Shown one piece after another: positions 1-11,798 of a stretch of 64,000 nt of DNA. Positions within the stretch are counted from its first letter, which is position 1. Every line of letters starts with the position of its first letter. The DNA is from Octopus vulgaris. Taxonomy: Eukaryota. The notes under the pieces are model-generated. The model worked only from the letters and a program-made list of their open reading frames with translations, did not search any database and had not been told where the DNA came from. Made by a program: the position numbers and the translations under genes. The stretch lies in contig OX597826.1 of NCBI GenBank assembly GCA_951406725.2, positions 37,572,001 through 37,636,000 of the forward strand, in the 5' to 3' direction.

Positions 1-94
<94 letters not shown>

Positions 95-113
95 CAACAA
101 TAATAATAATAAT
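1..113 (+). repeat. (TAA)n microsatellite
   Basis: Nearly pure ATA/TAA repeat with one interruption. Confidence 0.98.
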
Positions 114-969
114 ACGCCGAAACAAAGAGGCTGTGGAAGGAGACGCAGAGGTACCAAATGTCAACTATTGATAGACAAAATGGTGATGCAAGATTGTAAA
201 CGAAAAAATCTGGGAATGGCCTGGATTGACTCTCGCAAAGTTTACGATATGAATCGAGGTCCGTTGATCATCAGTTGCTAAGATCTGTTTTGAATTGCGA
301 GAAATATAACATGTTTCCTGAAAAGAAGTATGTTGGGATGGAAAACTAAATTGGCATCTTACGGAAAAGGCTTCGGTACCCTGGGTATCGGAAGAGGTAT
401 TTTCCACGTGACAGCTTATCTCCGTTGTTCTCTGCACGATACCCCTGACCATGGTACCCAGGAAAATGAACCTGGGGTACCAACTAAAGTAAAAATCACA
501 AACAATCAACCACCTCTTTATGCATGATTTGAAACTGTACGGCAAAGATGAGACAGAAGTGAGTTCCTTGGTAAACACGGTTCACTATTTTAGTACTTAT
601 ATTAGAATGGAATTTGAAATCAAGAGGTGCGGAATAATCTACCTAAAAAGAGGTATGGTACAGTCCCTAGCAAGGATAGAATCGAATAAAGACTTGATTA
701 AACAAATTGTAACTGAGATGGAAAATATAACTATTCTTTGAGACTTCTGAATATGTACACAACGGGCCATCAAAGCAGATAAACCAGATATTGCTTTGAA
801 AGACCAAACCTATAAAATATGTTTATTGATTAACATGAGCATACCCTGTGACCATAATATCTCGCCAAAAGAATTTGATAAGCTCAGAAAATATAACGAT
901 TTGTTAATCGAAATCGAAAGATGTGGCATCTCAAAACAGTTACAATACCAGTGATTGTAGCATAGATTT
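114..969 (+). mobile_element. Dong/R4-clade non-LTR retrotransposon fragment (RT + REL endonuclease), internally deleted and frameshifted
   Basis: Manual translation gives [20 protein letters not shown]...[12 protein letters not shown]-(G)DSLSPLF and INHLFMHDLKLYGK (RT motifs), then jumps to IKADKPDIALKD...LINMSIPCD...KLRKYNDL (PD-(D/E)xK REL nuclease). (TAA)n lies on both sides (1-113, 970-990). Confidence 0.88.
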
Positions 970-2013
970 TAATAATAATAATAATAATAACGGAAGATGA
1001 TGATGGCTTTCATCATCATTATCGTCAACTCAGGTGTCTTCTATTACCCAAAAGGTTTCATGAATTGAGGACAGTATAGAAGTAAGAAATGATAATTACT
1101 TAGGTACTAAATTTGGCTTGAAAAGTACGATATTACGTCAGAATAACAAACAGTAATTCCACTTGATTCAATTTTCTTCAAGTTGATGACAGGTTAGATA
1201 TTTTTATCATAGGTTCTCTAGAGAGAAGCTGCTGCTAAAACTCACTTAGAGCTGGGAAAATATCATAAGCCTGTTTGTATTTTTGTTTTATTTGTAAATC
1301 ATAAACTTTTCAAGAATTACTTATTTTCTAATCTACGCACGGGATTCTGCAAATTAAACCCAGTTTTTGAGAGCTGGCAGTTTCAGTAAATGTAAGGGTA
1401 TATAAAATGTTGATTTGAGTATAGTCTTTCAGAAGGATATACCAGTAATAGAATGTAAGATGAGAAAATGCGCGTGAACATGTATTCGTGTGTCTAATTA
1501 ATAAGAACACACCTAATTATCATTATAAACATTTTTAACATTAATTATAATGGTAGTCTTTACAATTTCTCAGTGTTAGTGTATAGGAAGGACATGATAA
1601 TTTTATACACAGTAGCTACTGTATATTAAGTCATCTTAGCAAGACGATGTCACATGGAACTGACTTCATTTATCTTTTGAAGTAACAAGGTACTGAGAAA
1701 ATGGCAAGATCTTGAATCCAGTTGTTATCATGAGAGATTTCCGACATCAGGTGTGACAGTCAGCGGGATAAGATAGCATCATGAACCTGGAGAGAGGTTG
1801 TGAGATGTCTATTGAGTATGGCCACCACGTGCTGATATTGCATGCTGGAGGATAGATATTTAGATCTGTTGACATAGCTGTTTGCGTGCTTTGGTCTGCT
1901 ACGCTATTGACAACCATTCCCCTGTCATCGCTCCCAATCAGGAACACGGAATAATATCAGACCCATACCAGCACACACAAACACATGCATTTATACTTCA
2001 TGTTTATAATATA

Positions 2014-3296
2014 CGTGGTCTGATGAATAAGTGGATGGAAGCACTCCGTCGATTACGACGACGAGGGTTCCGGTTGATCCGAATCAACGGGACAGCCTGC
2101 TCGTGAAATTAACGTGTAAGTGGCTGAGCACTCCACAGACACGTGTACCCTTAACGTAGTTCTCGGGGATATTCAGCGTGACACAGAGAGTGACAAGACC
2201 GGCCCTTTGAAATACAGGTACAACAGAAACAGGAAGTAAGAGTGAGAGAAATTTGTGGTGAAAGAGTACAGCAGGGATCACCACCATCCCCTGCCGGAGC
2301 ATCGTGGAGCTTTAGGTGTTTTCGCTCAATAAACACTCACAACGCCTGGTCTGGGAATCGAAACCACGATCCTATGATCGCGAGTCCGCTGCCCTAACCA
2401 CTGGGCCATTGCGCCTCCTCGATGAATAAGTATCCGGACTGTTACCATAGTAACAAATCTAAAGCACTCACTGTAAAGCTGCTTGGCACAGAGTGACTTT
2501 CAACACTGCTGTGTATGTACACTAAGTTTTAGCATTCTGGCTCACTACAGCTGTTTACAGCAGTACTTGGAAGGAACCTGTGTAGCGTGTGATCGTCGCA
2601 TTGACCATGACATAGAAAGTTGAGCAGAGAATTTGCATCAAATTTTGCCAAAAGCTTGGCGATACCTGCTCAGAGGCCTACGCAAAGTTTTCAAAAAGTT
2701 TTCATCGTTCTCAACACAATCAAGGAGATCTTGTACAACTGAAAAGTGAGTGTCTTTTTGGTCAGCTGAACTCAGTTTTGACACAAACTTGGTAGACATG
2801 CGTCTCATACCCAAATTTTTAGTGATAATGAACTGAACTGAACCGTGACTAATCTGCCCTTCCTCTAATAACTCATGGACGGGGATTGGATGATTTTCCA
2901 TCACAGCTGCACGCACTTCTGCGATGTTTATCCCAGTCCTGCTAGTCACGGGGCTCCCAGGTGGATCGACATTTTTCGGCCATCTTTGAAACGCCTGCAC
3001 CACTCGTACATGTGTGTGCAGTTCATACACTCCTCTCCATACACCTTCTCCAACTTTGCGTAGGACTCTGAGCAGAAAACACCATGACGACTTTCTATGT
3101 CATGGTCATTGCGACGATCACACGCTACACACCTTCCTTCCAAGCACTGCTGTAAACAGCGGAAATGAGCTAGAACGTTAAGTTTCAAGGCGCATGCACA
3201 ACAGGGGTTAAGTCAATTCTTGCCAAGCAGCTTCACTCTGTGTGGTTTAGCTTCCTTACCATGGCAACAGTGCCGATACTTATCCATCAGACCTTG
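2014..3296. mobile_element. Mariner-derived fold-back element (two inverted transposase 5' ends), TA target duplication
   Basis: The left TIR TA|cgtggtctgatgaataagtatccggactgttacc (SINE removed) matches the reverse complement of the right end, TA|caaggtctgatggataagtatcggcactgttgcc. The + arm encodes KVEQRICIKFCQKLGDTCSEAYAK. The - arm encodes CSESYAKLEKVYGEEC...YEWCRRFKDGR...LGMRRMSTKFVSKL (mariner N-terminal HTH region and WVPHEL-like linker). Confidence 0.85.
2033..2420 (-). mobile_element. Full-length tRNA-derived SINE with 11-bp TSD
   Basis: Minus-strand head ggaggcgcaaTGGCCCAGTGGttaggg...GGTTTCGATTCCc (pol III A and B boxes). The direct repeat gatgaataagt flanks it at 2022-2032 and 2421-2431. 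Confidence 0.92.
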
Positions 3297-3316
3297 TATG
3301 CATACATTTATATTCA

Positions 3317-3339
3317 TATACACACACACACATGTATTC

Positions 3340-3371
<32 letters not shown>

Positions 3372-3795
3372 TCTGTATGTATGTATGTATGTATGTATGT
3401 ATGTATGTATGTATGCATGTATGTATGTATATATATATGTACCTATATATGTATGTATGTATATAAACATATATATTTCGTTTTGGGATTTGGTTTACAA
3501 GATTCTTTATATGTGTTCGTGTGTTGAAGCATATTCTGCTGTGTCTAGGAAGAGTCATTTTCTTTTTGTGCCTTATAATGTAACACACTCACCGGTAAAA
3601 TTTCCATTTATTTCTTATTTTTATTTTCCTAAAATTTTCGTTGCGTATTGCAACCTTTTCAATAGTCATGACTCTGTCCGTTATTTACACTGCGTTCCGT
3701 TTTGTTTGTTTGTGCGCATGTGTGTGGGTAGTGTGCGTGTGTATGTGCCTATACATGCATGTACGTATGTGTGTGAGTGTATGTATGTATGTATG

Positions 3796-3855
<60 letters not shown>
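3317..3855. repeat. Compound (CA)/(TA)/(TATG) microsatellites enclosing a ~200-bp unclassified segment (3478-3672)
   Basis: Simple repeats are seen directly. The enclosed segment ends in a small hairpin (gttgc-gtatt-gcaac) and the palindrome agtcatgact. Confidence 0.7.
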
Positions 3856-3856
<1 letters not shown>

Positions 3857-4513
3857 GTGTGTCTACTTCTTAAAAGCAGCCCTCCTCAGTCCCAAACGGT
3901 GTCATAGAAACACCCCCTTCTACTAATATGGTGTCAAGCACGATCTCTTGTGAATGTGGTAAATCAGCCACATAGAGATAAGGAAGGAAACGGAGGGAAG
4001 CATGTGATTCTTTAGGATAACGTAATGAAGCCGAGGGTAAACTATGCCTTAAATATAGAATGGAGGGTCATTTGCCGGAAGGATTAATTATAGTTAATTA
4101 ATTCGAAATTAATCTGCAGTTAAACAATAAAGATAATAGCGCTAATTAGAGGTGTATCAACATTGCATTTCTTTTTGGTTTACAATCAAATAAGATCTGG
4201 TTATGGAATATTTAGTGGTGTGATTTATCGATCTGATATGACTGATTGTGAGTAATTTATTTAATCACTCTTACTAGAAAAAAATATCTTCATGGAAAAA
4301 CGTATTTTGAATAATATTGTATTTTCAGTACTTAAGAATATATATTACATACAATTTTACCTAAGTAAGTTAGAAATCCTTAAACTCTTATTGATGACCC
4401 AGGATCATCCAAGTATACAAGTATACGTTCAGGAAAGATCAACTGCAGCAAGCTCAATCATAGACCAACTTCCAGTCGTAAAGCGACAACAAATTTGAAT
4501 TAAAATAAATGAA

Positions 4514-4570
4514 AGCGGTGCTCCAGCATAGGCGCAGTCCCACAACTGAAACGGCTGAAAGGATAAAAGG
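4514..4570 (+). mobile_element. Isolated SINE/CR1 3' tail
   Basis: gcggtgctccagcataggcgcagtc...actgaaac matches the tail of the SINE at 48537-48590. Confidence 0.7.
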
Positions 4571-5140
4571 ATACGCTTCTAAGAAAACTTGCATTGATCT
4601 AGTTATCTTTTGTACTCATGTAACGTTGAAGCTTCTTGTAATTTGCAGAATTATACACTTTCCCAGAAGTACCTGACCATTGTTACATAATTTTATCCAC
4701 TCGTTCTTATTCTTGATCAATCGCTTAGTCATACACTTAATGATGTAAACCCGAAGAGGGTGTGAACAGGAAGCTACCGGAGAGATAAAGAGAATAGATA
4801 AAGAAGAAACAAAAAGAATTATCATAAAAGCTAAAAGCTTGTAGCACAAGTGTAATTACGATTAAATATCTTAAATATCTTAAAGTTGTTAGACAAATAG
4901 TTCAGATGACACTCCTCTGTAATATCATTTATAAACAATAGATGTAAATTACGCTAAAGATAAATATTTCCCTTGACTCCTATCAAACAAACTGTAAACG
5001 ATGTTATGACAATTTCTGGTTTTACATTTCTACAGTTAATTGACATTTCACAAGCTTTATTTCTATTTGAAGTTACTTTCAGATATATTTTCCCTACTTA
5101 AGTAGTTTCTTTTTGAATGATCTTATGATATCACGTCGAA

Positions 5141-5142
<2 letters not shown>

Positions 5143-5220
<78 letters not shown>
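5143..5220 (+). repeat. (TAA)n microsatellite
   Basis: Pure repeat. Confidence 0.98.
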
Positions 5221-5224
<4 letters not shown>

Positions 5225-6290
5225 GTGCAAAACAGACAAAGAAATATCTAAGTGAATTCCAAATACACCAAATTCCAGAATTAGACGTACTAGAAACACA
5301 GAAAAAGCTAAGCGTATGAAAACCCATGCTAAAACTGCTGCCTTAGATATTCTTACTGATAAATGGCAAGAAAGCCCTCTCAATAGCAAATACCCAAAGA
5401 AAGCTAATAATGCCGATGTTGACAAAGCTCTTACCCATCAACGGTTAATGTCTCCTAACTTAAAAATCAGAAACACAAGGGTCTATCATAGCAGCCCAAG
5501 ATCAATGCCTACCTACAAGAAACTACCAGGCCAACATATTAAAGAACGGCAGTAGCCCAACATGTCGTGTATGTCAACAACAAAATGAAACCATTGATCA
5601 TGTTGTCTCTATGTGCAGCCTTCTTTCGACTACAGAGTATCTCAAGAGGTATAAATTTGCAGCACAATATATTCGCTGCATAATTTGCAAAAACCTGGAC
5701 CTGCCCCATGATAAATACTGGTGGGAACACAGCCCACCTGCAGTGCTTGAAATATATCTCCCTCCTCTGGAACTTCATCATTCAAGCTGGCAGAAAGATA
5801 GAAGCTAATAGACCAGAAAAATCACGCCTCCTCATTGATAGGACTGTCCCAATCGATATAAATATATCTGTCAAGCCCTACAACAAACTAAGCAAGTATA
5901 AAGTTCTTGAAACAGAAATTGGCAAAATGTGGAACCTGAAGACTATAACAATACTTGTTGTCATAGGTTCCCTAAGAATGATAACAAAAGGGGATGATTG
6001 CTACCTTGCTCAGATACCAGGAAACCCCAAAATAGCAGAAATTCAAAAGATAGTACTTATGAGAACTGTCCATATTCTACGTAAAATACTCTCTATGTGA
6101 TCTCAAATTTTAAAATAAATTCATAATTTTCTTATGTTTTCTTAAACATTCTCTAGAGCAATACTATGCGTAAAACCAAATATGTGACACCCTAGGCATA
6201 ACACTAACGTGAATTTCCAACTTGTCTCTTGAGATCTCTGGGTGAGACTTGGAGACAGCTTGTACAAATACAAAGCAAAAGTGAAACAAA
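5221..6290 (+). mobile_element. Dong/R4-clade retrotransposon, 5'-truncated 3' portion (CCHC knuckle + REL endonuclease + 3' UTR)
   Basis: IIAAQDQCLPTRNYQ...CRVCQQQNETIDHVVSMC (CCHC), LLWNFIIQAGRKIEANRP, LLIDRTVPID...KLSKYK...IQKIVLMRTVHILRKILSM* (stop at 6100), across frameshifts. Confidence 0.92.
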
Positions 6291-6679
6291 GAAGGAGGAG
6301 GAGAAGGAGGGGAGGGAGGAGGAGAAGGAGGAAGAAAAAAGACGAGAAGAAGAAGAAGAAGAAGAAGAAGAAACAGAAGAAGAAGAAGAAGAAGAAGAAG
6401 AAGAAGAAGAAGAAGAAGAAGAAGAAGAAGAAGAAGAAGAAGAAGAAGAAGAAGAAGAAGAAGAAGAAGGAGAAGAAGAAGAAACAGAAGAAAAAGAAGA
6501 AGGAGAAAAAGAAGAAGAAGAAGAAGAAGAAGAAGAAGAAGAAAAAGAAGAAGAAACAGAAACAGAAGAAGAAGAAGAAACAGAAGAAGAAGAAGAAGAA
6601 GAAGAAGAAGAAGAAGAAGAAGAAGAAGAAGAAACAGAAGAAGGAGAAGAAGAAGAAGAAGAAGAAGAAGAAGAAGAAG

Positions 6680-6711
<32 letters not shown>

Positions 6712-7089
6712 GAAGAAGAAGTAGAAGAAGAAGGAGAAGAAGAAGAAGAAGAAGAAGAAGAAGAAAAGAAGAAGAAGAAGAAGAAGAAGAAGAAGAAGAA
6801 GAAGAAGAAGAAGAAGAAACAGAAGAAGGAGAAGAAACAGAAGAAGGAGAAGAAGAAATAGAAGAAACAGAAGAAGAAGAAGAAGAAGAACAACAACAAC
6901 AACAACACGAAACAGAAGGAGAAGAAGAAGAAGAAGAAGAAGAAGAAAAAGAAACAGAAGAAGAAGAAGAAACAGAAGAAGAAGAAGGAGAAGAAGAAGA
7001 GGAAGAAGAAGGAGAAGAAACAGAAGAAGAAGAAGGAGAAGGAGAAGGAGAAGAAGAACAACAACAAGAAGAACAAGAAGAAGAAGAAG
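6291..7089 (+). repeat. ~800-bp interrupted (GAA)n purine tract
   Basis: GAA repeats with GGA, ACA, GTA and CAA variants. Confidence 0.97.
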
Positions 7090-7094
7090 TATTA

Positions 7095-7649
7095 TGTTAC
7101 ATCTCCAGTCTTTATTGAAGGAAAAATGTCACTATCCTCTGGGATTTCCCAGTCAATACTGCCACAACGATCCAGGATAATTGACCAGATATAATTATTA
7201 AAGACAGGAAAGAAAATACTTATAGACTAAGTAAGTGTGCCCACTGATAAGGATATATTTGCAAAAGAATTTGACAAATTAAGTAAATATAAGGATCTGA
7301 AAATTGAAATACAAAATATATGGCATATTAAAGCGAGAACTGCTCCTGTTTTTGTAGGTGCCCAAGGTATGATAAAAAAGGGATGTTAGAAACATCTAGA
7401 TAAGATCCCAGGAGAACGATCACTCAAAGAAATCCAAAAGATTGTGCTGACAAATACTACCCACATCCTTAAAAAAAACAATCCATTTAAATGCCTGTGT
7501 TGTATTACATGAAGATATTTCGCTACTACCCCTGCTACTTCCCTTCCCCAAGCTTACAGTCATACTGTGACATCTCTTATATTTCACTTGCCCTAGGACG
7601 CTGGGTGTGTCTCGGCAAGTGATTGTAACAAACGTGCAAATCAAGAGTA
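7095..7649 (+). mobile_element. Dong/R4-clade 3' fragment (diverged from neighbours)
   Basis: NVTILWDFPVNTATTIQDN*PDIIIKDRK...SVPTDKDIFAKEFDKLSKYKDLKIEI...EIQKIVLTNTTHILK, then a 3' UTR and (TAA)n at 7650-7684. Confidence 0.88.
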
Positions 7650-7684
<35 letters not shown>

Positions 7685-7687
<3 letters not shown>

Positions 7688-8060
7688 TGCTTTCTAATTG
7701 ATGTATCAATACCAGCAGATGACAACGTGCCCCTAAAAGAAATGGAGAAACTTTCAAAATACAAAGACCTGGAAATAGAGGTAACTAGAATGTGGAATCT
7801 GAAAACAGAAACAATTCCTATCATAGTAGGTGCATTAGGCATGATAAAAAAATATTCAGACAAATACATAACAAAAACACCAGGACTTGCAAGCACATAT
7901 AACATAGAGAAAATTGCACTACTAGGCACTGCACACATCCTACGCAGAACACTTTCCATACAGTAACCATCAGAGCATCACAACAAATCATAGCACATAC
8001 CCAAGGCACACAGAGCTGCACTCGGTAGTGAAGTGAAAGCACGCTATAAAAAATATACTA

Positions 8061-8063
<3 letters not shown>
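7685..8063 (+). mobile_element. Dong/R4-clade 3' fragment with uninterrupted C-terminal frame
   Basis: KCFLIDVSIPADDNVPLKEMEKLSKYKDLEIEVTRMWNLKTETIPIIVGALG...KIALLGTAHILRRTLSIQ* (stop at 7966), then a short 3' UTR and (TAA)n at 8064-8139. Confidence 0.92.
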
Positions 8064-8139
<76 letters not shown>

Positions 8140-9289
8140 GTGTGCACTATACTGGTAGCGCAGGACCAAGGTCTGGCCACGAACTCGAGAGTCAACCTTA
8201 GGAATGAGCAAGTCTCCCTGCTGTGCCGCATCTGCAATTGAGTGAATGATATACAAAACATAAATAAGAAATAATGATGAGATCACCAAGTAACAGAGTG
8301 AGATAAGTAAAAAAAGAAATGATAAAATGTAGCAAGAATATAAAAACAATATAACAATCGTAATAATCGTCTCAGCATCGTTGCAGTTTTAGCAATAATG
8401 TATTGTTTTGGTGTCATCAATTTGTATTTTCTTTTGAGTATTTCTAAGTAATAATAATTATTTTTCTCTTTACTTTCGTTTTAAATACAATTATAGAGAG
8501 AACATATTTGTGACAAACTATAGATGGAAGTATACATTCATAGTGGTTAACTCCTAATTAAATCTAACGTGACAGGCAGCGTTTTACAGTGTTACTATTT
8601 TCACTAAATAGCCGAAGATGATACTTAAGAAACAATATTTCAATAGTTATGTTAATTGCATGGGTTTATAACATAATTTTGTAAAGCAATAAACTGTGTA
8701 TATCTACAGTCCTTCTAGCAATAACGATGACGAATATCTATTATTCAAAGACAAAGACAAATATGTGATAAACCAATTGTTGTCTGAGGAAATTTTCTTG
8801 TCGGTGCTTTAAGATGCTTGGAAAGTCATTTGGTTTTAATTATTAATAGGGTTCTCGAAAAATATACTTCATACAAGAGTGCAAATAGGGCCGGTTGTGT
8901 AGGAAAGAATTTCGCTTCCCAAAGTACTTCTAAGACTCTGACACTTATCCTAATGCGCGGTGTCTTAAGTGCTTTTCTTCCCGAACCGAAACAGAGATTG
9001 TGATAGCGTATCATGGGCTCCATATACTTTAGTAAAGTTTCAGTTCGAAATATGCCCAAATAACTATAAAATGCGCAACGTTCTAAACAGAAATATCTCG
9101 TCACGGTAGTCGGTACTGTACAATTTATGATTTTGTAATGTTGAAATTAACACCTCTCTGTGTAGCTGAAAGGAAAATCGACTTTGAAAGGACTTATATT
9201 CTTCATGAAGGTGACCATTAAATTGTTATTGCAATATGCCAACAAATGGTGAATGTAGCACGTATTCCCTGCGCTAGTGATAGTATAAG

Positions 9290-10015
9290 GAGAACTCTCA
9301 AAGTACACCAAAGCCTTTACCTATCTCGGCAGCGCATTGACTTGTACTAACTTTTCTTACTGCCACAAAGACTTGTGGCTCACCTGAGAAGCGTTTATGA
9401 GGCTTCCATGATATTGTCCGAAACACGAACATAAATGTATACAGTACTGCAGTGCTTCTTTACCTCCTCTACACCACGGACTGTATAATCCTTTAACGCA
9501 GGCACATCAAGGCCCTGACGCGAATCCAAATTCGTCATCTACGTTCCATCTTGCATATCAGATGGCAAGATCACATTCCTGATATAGGAGTCCTGTACCG
9601 TGCTTTTACAGTTAGTGAGACGTCCTTATTACCTCGTCGCAGATGCGCTGGGTGGGTCATGCTGGGAGAATGGAGGGTGACAGGCTCTCAAAGATGGGAT
9701 TTTTACGCTAAACTGCGTCAGGAGAGGTGGAGCAGGGTTGGTCAGAGATTGCGATACAGGTGTATGCTGAAGAGACATATGAAGAACTCCCCTTGATACC
9801 AGGGAAACGATCCTGTTGCATGTTGAGTGGAGCCCATTGCTGAAGCTCCAATCATTCGGGGAAGATAATAGAGAGGATAAGAAAGAGCCCTGCTGCAGAT
9901 CAAGATCAGACCTTGTAGCCCGCATGTGAGCCTACCAGAAATCATTGCTGAACTGAACAGTCAACGTCGAACTCAAACTACGGTCCGTAGCAGCCGCCGA
10001 CCAAGACGATGACGC
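9290..10015 (+). mobile_element. RTE-clade (BovB-like) LINE 3' remnant
   Basis: FTYLGS, VYSTAVLLYLLY, RHLRSILHIRWQDHIPDIGVL, MRWVGHAGRMEGDRL and GQRLRYRCMLKRHMK are typical RTE post-RT motifs; stops and frameshifts are present. Confidence 0.85.
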
Positions 10016-11431
10016 CATTTACATTCAATGCTTTACGAAAACTATTATTCTAAACCTGAGCATATCCACCATAAAGAAACATGATAAGCAAGGATGAATT
10101 TACGGCGCCAAGACGGTAATGACTGTAAATTGTTTGGAAGCGTCTGATAACGAGATTATCCCATGTTTAATCCTACTTAAACTAGCAAAGTATCAGTTGC
10201 TTGTGGTTGACGAGATGCCATAAGTAAATAGACAGCTATTATAGAGAACGCCCGATTGTACAGAAATCTTTTGAATGAACTCCAGATTATAAAATACATT
10301 CATAAAAGATTATGATGTCGTTAATGTATCAATTCATGGATATTAAGAAACAAATAGAAACATATTTATATCCTATTAGTAATAATGAAATCGTTTTATA
10401 TATATTAATATATATTTATTTATTGTACAGAGAACTAGTCTCTGGATATCGGTTTTTAAAATGTTACAATTTATAATTTATGTCGAAATAAATAGAAACT
10501 ACAACAGGATAATAAAGAAAACGGATTTGCAAAGTAATGATGAAGTTGTTGATGGTCACTACAACAACGTCAGATTCGTTTCAACACGTTTTCTCTTAAA
10601 TAAAAATAAATTAGAGAATGCGTGGAGTTTCGCGGTATAGTATTTACCTTATAATCATGCGATGGAAACTGTAGGGTTTCGTGCTTAACGGTTTCACATT
10701 AAAAGTGTTATTCTTCATAATGAGAATGATAAAAGCCATGAGAAAGAAGGCGAAAATGAAGATGATAATGAGAAAGTTGTTATTAGAAGCAGCTACTGTT
10801 ATTGTTGTTGCATCTGCTGACACGCATGATGCTGTTGTTGTTGTTGGTAGTGGCGTTACTGTTGATGCTATTTTCATTAATTCACACGAAGTTCTGATAA
10901 GTAAAACACCTCGTATTTATTCGCCTTTTGTTTTCCTGATGAAAAACTGCCATAAATCAATTTTTTGTCGACGACCTAAGGAAAAGGTGGCAGATTTAGG
11001 CTTAATCTAGCGTGCACAGCAATAGATATATTGCTTACAAAATGAGAAGTGATACTTCTAGACCGATTTTTCAATAATCTTAGGGTTTTTGTTCCAAACT
11101 TGCCAGCTGTATTTTTTTTTTTTTTATTTCTTTTTTTGGTTTTCAGTTTGCCATATCTATATTTTCTTTGCAAATAAGGTATTTGTGCCGGTAACCTAAG
11201 GAGATTATGGCCCTGAAATGTAAAGCAGCTGTTTGAACTTGGCCAGCTTAAAATTCCGGCTTGCTCAGTTAATGTTAGCTTGTGAGAAATGTGCAATAAC
11301 TATGTAGTTAATACGTTGAACAAGTGGCTCATAGACTACGGTTTCAAATGCAATCTATTTATATGTTCACAAACTATTTTTAATAAATTTTAAGATGCTT
11401 GGTCTCTCCCGCCCGCCTTTCCTAAATAGAT

Positions 11432-11798
11432 TTATTACCTCCGCCATCGCTAGGGCGAAGGTATTGTTTTCCAGTCATGTTTGCCTGTTTGTCCGAGGAC
11501 AAGATATCTCAAGAACCGCTGGATGGATTCTGATGAAAGTTTCAGATATGCTTGGCCTCCTTCCTGGTACGAACTGATTAGATTATGGGATCAATTCGGC
11601 ACAGGACAAGGATTCTGGAGTATTTTTCTGACTTTTTAAAGTTTTTGAGAGCGGTCGTATTCAGTTTTAGTATTCTCGTTTATGAGAGCAGTCGAGTATA
11701 TTTTAGATATTCTCATTTTAAAATCAATCTCTGATTAATCGTTGAGACAACGTTGGTGTTGTCTTGGCGGAGGTTTGCGTTCTCTGAGAGCTCTTGTT
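11432..11798 (+). mobile_element. Non-autonomous Helentron-type element (HINE/DINE-1-like)
   Basis: 5' ttattACCTCCGCC and subterminal inverted GGCGGAGGT (11766-11774), followed by a short 3' stem-loop and ttgtt; tgtttgcctgtttgtcc tract near the 5' end; T-rich ends. Confidence 0.75.

Noticed and set aside
2345-2420. tRNA gene (also at 54479 and 39037)
   Set aside because: The A/B boxes run directly into SINE bodies, and no complete cloverleaf is evident.
6204-7076. Long ORFs (290, 210 and 156 aa) of poly-E/K/F/S
   Set aside because: They are translations of the GAA tract. The same applies to ORFs at 52352-53351, 3220-3873, 37570-38193 and 24039-24734.
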